A stretch of DNA of 64,000 bases from Candidatus Krumholzibacteriota bacterium. GTDB lineage: Bacteria > Krumholzibacteriota > Krumholzibacteriia > JAJRXK01. Position 1 is the first letter of the stretch; every line of letters begins with the position of its first letter. The notes below the pieces were generated by a model, which was not told the origin of the DNA, searched no databases, and worked only from the letters and a program-made list of their open reading frames with translations. Positions 59,267-64,000 of the stretch are shown one piece after another. The stretch spans positions 1 to 64,000 of the forward strand of contig CAVXTH010000009.1 in NCBI GenBank assembly GCA_963764625.1, in the 5' to 3' direction. The position numbers and the translations under genes are program-made.

Positions 59267-60790
59267 TCAGTTCTGCTTCACGAACCGAAGGTCGTCGTAG
59301 GCCACGCTCGCCACCGCGCCGTCCACTACCTCGAACTGGAGCACCTCACCGTGGCCGGGAAGCAATTCCACCCGCATGGAATTGGGCTTGGTGTAGGGCT
59401 CGCCCGTGCAGTGCATCAGGCCCAGGGCGACCGTGAAGGTGGAATCCACGCACGCGATGTGCAACGTGCCAAGTTCTTCGGACTCATAGCTTCCCGCGTA
59501 AGAGGAGGGTTCCAACTGGAGCGTCCATGATCGCCGCGCGCGGTGCTGGAAATCGGCCGCGATGGCCTTGGCATACTGATCGCGCATGGTCGCAAAGTGC
59601 GTGATCTCTTCCTTTGGATCCGTGGTCCCCTCGCCCAGCCACCAGTCGTAGATCCAGGCCGCGAGAGGCTCCAACATGCGGCCGCCGATGCTCCCTTCGT
59701 TGACGAAGATCGCCACTCCGATCCGGGGCTCCTCCATGAATGAGATCAAGGAGCGGAATCCGGGATAGCCACCGGTGTGATATAAGACCGTCTGCCCCGA
59801 GCACGAACCCTGCAGCCACCCCAGGCCGCATCCGCTCAATCCGAACAGATCGTGCACAGGATCGCTCGGGATCACCCGGCTGTGGCGTGTTTCACGGATA
59901 AGCTGGGCGTCGAACACGCGCCGGCCCTCCAGCTCACCCTCATTGATCTGCACGAGCATCCAGCGGGCAGCGTCCCGTGCAGTGGTCATGATGCCGCCGG
60001 CCGACTGCATGGTGGAGTCGGTCTTTACCAGCGACACGCGCTGGATTCCGTTCGGGTTCAGTCCGAAGTACGGTGCGGCCATGGGCCACCCCATCGCAGG
60101 GGGGCGCGAGGCATAGGCCGTGGTTCGTTCCATGCCCAGGGGCTCGAAGATCTCGTCCCGGAGCAGGTCTTGCCAGTGACGGCCCAATTCCCGATCCAGG
60201 ATGAGAGTCAAGAGGTTGTAGTCGAAGTTGGTGTATTCGAAGGCGTGCGGCCCCGCCTCATTCGCCTTCGTGGCCGAAAGCAGCTTCCAGAGCAGCTGCG
60301 GAGTGTGTTCGCCGGTGTAGGCGAGGCGCGTGGTTACTGGACCGTTCTTCAGCCCCGAAGTGTGGCTCAGCAGATCCCGCAGCGAGACATCGGGAGCCAC
60401 CAAGTCCAGGTCCATGCCACTCCCTTGCAAGTGCCCGGCAAGAGGGGAATCCAAATCGAGAGTGCCCCGAGCATCCAAAAGGGCCGCGGCCAGGGCCGTG
60501 AACGGTTTCGTGGCCGAAGCGATGTAATAGATCGTCTGGTCGGTGGCGGGCGTGTGGTGCTCGAGGTCGGCAACGCCATAGCCGCGGGTGATGATTACTT
60601 GCTCGTCCACGACCACCGCGAGAGCCAGGCTGGGCACTTCCGGTACGGTCTGAAGGAGTGCAGTGAAGAGAGAATCGGTTTGGGCGACGAACGCAGGGGC
60701 GTCGTGGATCTCGAGTCGGGCCTGCGCTGGAAGGGCGAAAACACAGTAGGCGGCCCACGGGAGGAGGATCGGAAGTATGCGGAACTTCAT
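59267..60790 (-). CDS. Exported serine hydrolase, beta-lactamase/AmpC-like family with C-terminal DUF3471-like domain
   Basis: SATK (SxxK), LLSHTSGL, YTN and HTGG motifs; signal peptide ..LPAQA. Confidence 0.9.
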   Translation of the reverse strand: MKFRILPILLPWAAYCVFALPAQARLEIHDAPAFVAQTDSLFTALLQTVPEVPSLALAVVVDEQVIITRGYGVADLEHHTPATDQTIYYIASATKPFTALAAALLDARGTLDLDSPLAGHLQGSGMDLDLVAPDVSLRDLLSHTSGLKNGPVTTRLAYTGEHTPQLLWKLLSATKANEAGPHAFEYTNFDYNLLTLILDRELGRHWQDLLRDEIFEPLGMERTTAYASRPPAMGWPMAAPYFGLNPNGIQRVSLVKTDSTMQSAGGIMTTARDAARWMLVQINEGELEGRRVFDAQLIRETRHSRVIPSDPVHDLFGLSGCGLGWLQGSCSGQTVLYHTGGYPGFRSLISFMEEPRIGVAIFVNEGSIGGRMLEPLAAWIYDWWLGEGTTDPKEEITHFATMRDQYAKAIAADFQHRARRSWTLQLEPSSYAGSYESEELGTLHIACVDSTFTVALGLMHCTGEPYTKPNSMRVELLPGHGEVLQFEVVDGAVASVAYDDLRFVKQN

Positions 60791-60902
60791 GCGCTTCCTT
60801 CCAGGAGGGGGATCGCGTGCTCTGGAGAGGGCTCCAGAGCGCTATGGGAAGAAGACGCATCAATATCGTGGGGGGTTCCATGGAGCCCGCAGTCCCGATC
60901 GA

Positions 60903-61946
60903 CTACTTGCCCATCACCAAGCGCTGCGTTTCGGTTTGCTGCCCGGTCTGAAGCTGCAGGAAGTACACACCGGAGGCCACGGATTTCCCTTCGTCATCCC
61001 GGCCCTTCCACTGCAGCTCGTGGTGACCGGCCGTCATGGACTGATCCAGCAGGATCCGGACAAGTCGTCCGCTCTGATCGAAGATCTTCAGCTCCACCAT
61101 TCCATCGCGTGACAGGTCGAAGGAAAGGGTGGTCGCGGGATTGAAGGGGTTGGGATGCGGTGGATAGAGCACGGCCGATCGTGAAGAAATCGCGGGAACT
61201 GCAGTAGTGGTTCCACACAGCTCGAACTGCGAATCACCGTCGAACACGTTTCCGGGGATGAGTGGGATTTGAGACTGAGTGAGGACTTGACCGTTAACAT
61301 CGGTGATGCGAACCGTGAAGGGATTCTCCAGAGGAAGGGGAACACCCAAGGTGCCGTCGATGATAAAGACATTGTAGCTCGCGCGCGGTGCCGAAACGTA
61401 TCCCGTGGGAGACAGATACTCTAAAGAGGCGACTCCGTAGCGGGTGTGGCGGGGTTGCACCTGGACATAGTAAGGATTGCTTCCACTCGTGATGTAGTAC
61501 TGGACGTTCCCGGTTGTGGGATCGGGGATAGTGGTCCAGGAGATCGGAATGACACCTTCGCTGAGGTCCGCGAGCTGGGCGAACGCCGCACGGTTCAGAT
61601 CGATGTCGCCTTGCGCACAGCTGGGACAGCTATCGACGATGCGTATGTCGATCGAACCACTGCCGCCAGTGATCCGTACGTAGCGTCCACACATGGCCGA
61701 GTTGTCGTAGTCGACGATGTTCATCGCGGCGACCATGGAATCGGAGTCGTCGCCAATGAACGAGCAGTTTCCTGTACCTGGGGTGTAGTTGTAGTAGGTG
61801 GCCTGTCCGCTGCCCGAGAGAGTGCCGGTGCAAGGGACAGTGGCGCGAGCGAAGGAAGACCCGAATGGGGACAATGGTGCAGTGAGCAGGAATGTGCCCA
61901 CTCCGAACCAGAACGCTCGCTTCGGGTGAAAGCGGCAAATGGACAT
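60903..61946 (-). CDS. Expansin-like protein (EXLX1-type DPBB plus CBM63) with C-terminal FlgD-Ig/CTD-like domain
   Basis: GQATYY..GNCS, CGRYVRITG, IVDSCPSC..DIDLN..AF, GVIPISW, GSNPYY..RYGVASLE..YNVF and PNPFNP..ASGVYF. Confidence 0.88.
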   Translation of the reverse strand: MSICRFHPKRAFWFGVGTFLLTAPLSPFGSSFARATVPCTGTLSGSGQATYYNYTPGTGNCSFIGDDSDSMVAAMNIVDYDNSAMCGRYVRITGGSGSIDIRIVDSCPSCAQGDIDLNRAAFAQLADLSEGVIPISWTTIPDPTTGNVQYYITSGSNPYYVQVQPRHTRYGVASLEYLSPTGYVSAPRASYNVFIIDGTLGVPLPLENPFTVRITDVNGQVLTQSQIPLIPGNVFDGDSQFELCGTTTAVPAISSRSAVLYPPHPNPFNPATTLSFDLSRDGMVELKIFDQSGRLVRILLDQSMTAGHHELQWKGRDDEGKSVASGVYFLQLQTGQQTETQRLVMGK

Positions 61947-62131
61947 GGAACGCTCCGCAAGGCTATGAGGGATCTGTCGGGAATACGATTCTCCGCCACG
62001 GCTCTATTCTAATAAAACTCGCAGTCACCGCCATCCGTCTGCTCAGATTGGCTCGTTATCTTGACCCGCGGTCCACCACGTACCTATTCTTAGTTCGGTG
62101 GCTCCCGTTGCTCATGAGACTGGAGGCCGGG

Positions 62132-63910
62132 ATGTCCAACCGGTGCCGCGCTCCTTTCCTGCCACTGTTGATTCTGGCACTCTTGTTCGTTCAAGATCCT
62201 CGCTCGACCGAAGCGGTCACCTATTCGGTTACCGATCAGGCCTTGCTAGACCAGGCGCTGGCCGCGACTGCTCCCGGGGACACCGTTCTGATCGTGGGGG
62301 ATGGAATCGAGTACGGGATTGCGCGCCTTCGGGTGGGAATCCATTTGATATGTGCCACGCCCTATACGTCGAGTCTCGCGCACATGGAGGCGTTGGATCT
62401 CGCTCAGGAGACGGTCGTCGAGGGTCTCCGATTCAGCGGCGGCTGGCCCCCCCCGGGCGAACTGCCTCCCTTGGGCAGCTACGATGCCAGCGTGCTCGTG
62501 GAAGGATCGAAGGTTTCGTTCCGTGATTGTCGCATGGAACAACTCTCCTACTTCTGGGGCTCTTCACACTACAAGACCGACGTCGATCCCATTTCGAGTA
62601 TTGGCCCGATTTTATTGATGAACAGCCAAGTAAAATTCAGCGACTGTCTCTTTCAGAATAACGGGGGAGGCATTCAATTCGCGGAAGGCCCCGCGTACGG
62701 ATGTATTTGGCAACGTGGAGCGGGTGTAACTTCGTTTGAGAATTGCACTTTCCTGGACCAGCCCTTTCCCATCTCAGCCGATGGTCCACTCGGGATCATC
62801 GATTCCACGTTCCTCAACTGTGGCCCCGGGTTGATCGTCTCCAAGAGCGTGCTCAGCCTCACTGGCTCGTTAGTCCTTGGCAGTGGGCCGTCTCTTTACC
62901 AGAGCGACGACCTCAGTCACATCTTCAGTTTTGCTCGCAGCATTCAGGCCTTTGGTCAGGTGTACATCGAAGGAAATACCTTCGTCGACAACCCCATCGT
63001 GGAACGCTATTGGGGCAACGTCTGGGAGGTAGAGACCCCGGAGATCTATGTGCCACTGGTCGTGTTGGAGGACGGGGTCACCGGCTCGGTGTCGCACAAC
63101 CTCTTCATCGGTCTCACCGGTCCAGCCGTGAAAGGACCCCATGGGGTCGAGCTGAGCTGCAATGACGCCTGGGAGGGCAAGTCCTCTTTGTGGACTGGTG
63201 GTATGGGTGATGTCACCGGCGTGAATGGAAACATTTCGCAGGCGCCGATCTTCTGCTCCCGGGTGGACAGCAACTACACTTTGAGCGCGCAATCGCCGGC
63301 GGTCGCAGAACCGTGCGGTGTGATGGGAGCATTTCCCGTTGCCTGCGACCGGGAGACCGCAGCAGCGCTCGGGAGTTTCTCCGCGCGGTGGACGACAGAA
63401 GGGGTCAGGCTGCGATGGGAGCTCACGAAGCCGCTCGAAGAAGGCTCAGAGTTCGTTCTTGAACGACTCGATCGGGGCGGCATGCGTGAACTCTTTCGGG
63501 GAGAGGCCTCGACCTACGTCGATCCCGCGCCGCCCGAGGAAGGACCTCTACGCTATGCGCTCGGGTACGAGGTCGATGGAGGGTCTCCGACGATTCTGGC
63601 CTGGATCGAGCCTTCAGGAGAACGGCCACAACCGCGAACGCGGCTCCTGGCGGCCAGGCCCAATCCCTTCAACCCTGCGACTACGATTCGATTCGAAGTC
63701 GAACGGTTGACCCATGCCAGGCTCCGTATCTTCGACCGAGCCGGTAGACTCGTGAAAACTCTGATCGACGAGCCATGTTCATCCGGCATGCATGAAGTCA
63801 GATGGCACGGCGAAGATTTCAAGGGAAACCAGGTTGCGACCGGCGTGTACTTCTACCAGCTCCAGACGCGCAGCTTTGCCCGCACCAGGCGGATGGTACT
63901 CTTGAAATAG
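62132..63910 (+). CDS. Secreted right-handed beta-helix protein with C-terminal FlgD-Ig/CTD-like domain
   Basis: Signal peptide, APGDTVLI, FxxCxF repeats, NGNISQAPIFC..LSAQSP and PNPFNP..TGVYFY..MVLLK. Confidence 0.8.
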   Translation: MSNRCRAPFLPLLILALLFVQDPRSTEAVTYSVTDQALLDQALAATAPGDTVLIVGDGIEYGIARLRVGIHLICATPYTSSLAHMEALDLAQETVVEGLRFSGGWPPPGELPPLGSYDASVLVEGSKVSFRDCRMEQLSYFWGSSHYKTDVDPISSIGPILLMNSQVKFSDCLFQNNGGGIQFAEGPAYGCIWQRGAGVTSFENCTFLDQPFPISADGPLGIIDSTFLNCGPGLIVSKSVLSLTGSLVLGSGPSLYQSDDLSHIFSFARSIQAFGQVYIEGNTFVDNPIVERYWGNVWEVETPEIYVPLVVLEDGVTGSVSHNLFIGLTGPAVKGPHGVELSCNDAWEGKSSLWTGGMGDVTGVNGNISQAPIFCSRVDSNYTLSAQSPAVAEPCGVMGAFPVACDRETAAALGSFSARWTTEGVRLRWELTKPLEEGSEFVLERLDRGGMRELFRGEASTYVDPAPPEEGPLRYALGYEVDGGSPTILAWIEPSGERPQPRTRLLAARPNPFNPATTIRFEVERLTHARLRIFDRAGRLVKTLIDEPCSSGMHEVRWHGEDFKGNQVATGVYFYQLQTRSFARTRRMVLLK

Positions 63911-64000
63911 AAGTTCGAAGAACTGCGATGATTGCCATGCGCAAGCTCCGGACTGGTGGATGGAGGCGTGGGGTGATCATCCCATGCCTCTGGCGATCAA

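Noticed and set aside
1-64000. Genome-wide UGA reassignment (Trp or Gly)
   Set aside because: Many well-defined genes end at TGA exactly at their family C-terminus (carbamoyltransferase FELD, greA, CTD genes), and Trp is encoded by TGG.

Overview
GC-rich bacterial chromosomal window of mostly accessory genes; I found no rRNA, tRNA, CRISPR array or transposase. Seven genes plus one orphan fragment end in a FlgD-Ig/T9SS-CTD-like 'PNPFNP...SGxYF' domain. One further gene and one orphan fragment end in a short '(S/T)xGxxKx(x)(Y/F)' tail. Both point (inference) to an FCB-group lineage such as Ca. Krumholzibacteriota/Latescibacterota/Eisenbacteria. The main hidden signal is two exported proteins that the ORF track splits at an in-frame TGA. 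Each TGA sits in a redox-Cys-type motif and is followed by a SECIS-like hairpin: an 'MM-U-G-C' protein (26506-27288) and a 'WAPW-U-HT-C' thioredoxin-TPR protein (31196-32575). Both are candidate selenoproteins, and they flank a giant secreted gene. Other content includes a GH94 phosphorylase, LPS-type GT2/GT9, qNor, a B12 radical SAM enzyme, VIT1, an sxtIJKL-like carbamoyltransferase cassette, a GH100 invertase and PadR with a consensus promoter/operator. It also holds a signal-peptide-bearing MEMO1-AMMECR1 fusion, three Ser/Thr kinase-propeller receptors, greA, an S74 fibre with a small partner gene, c-type cytochromes including a hexaheme lipoprotein, and an expansin with a sorting domain. 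At least seven genes are broken by small indels (densest at 19-31 kb), so assembly error is a caveat throughout.
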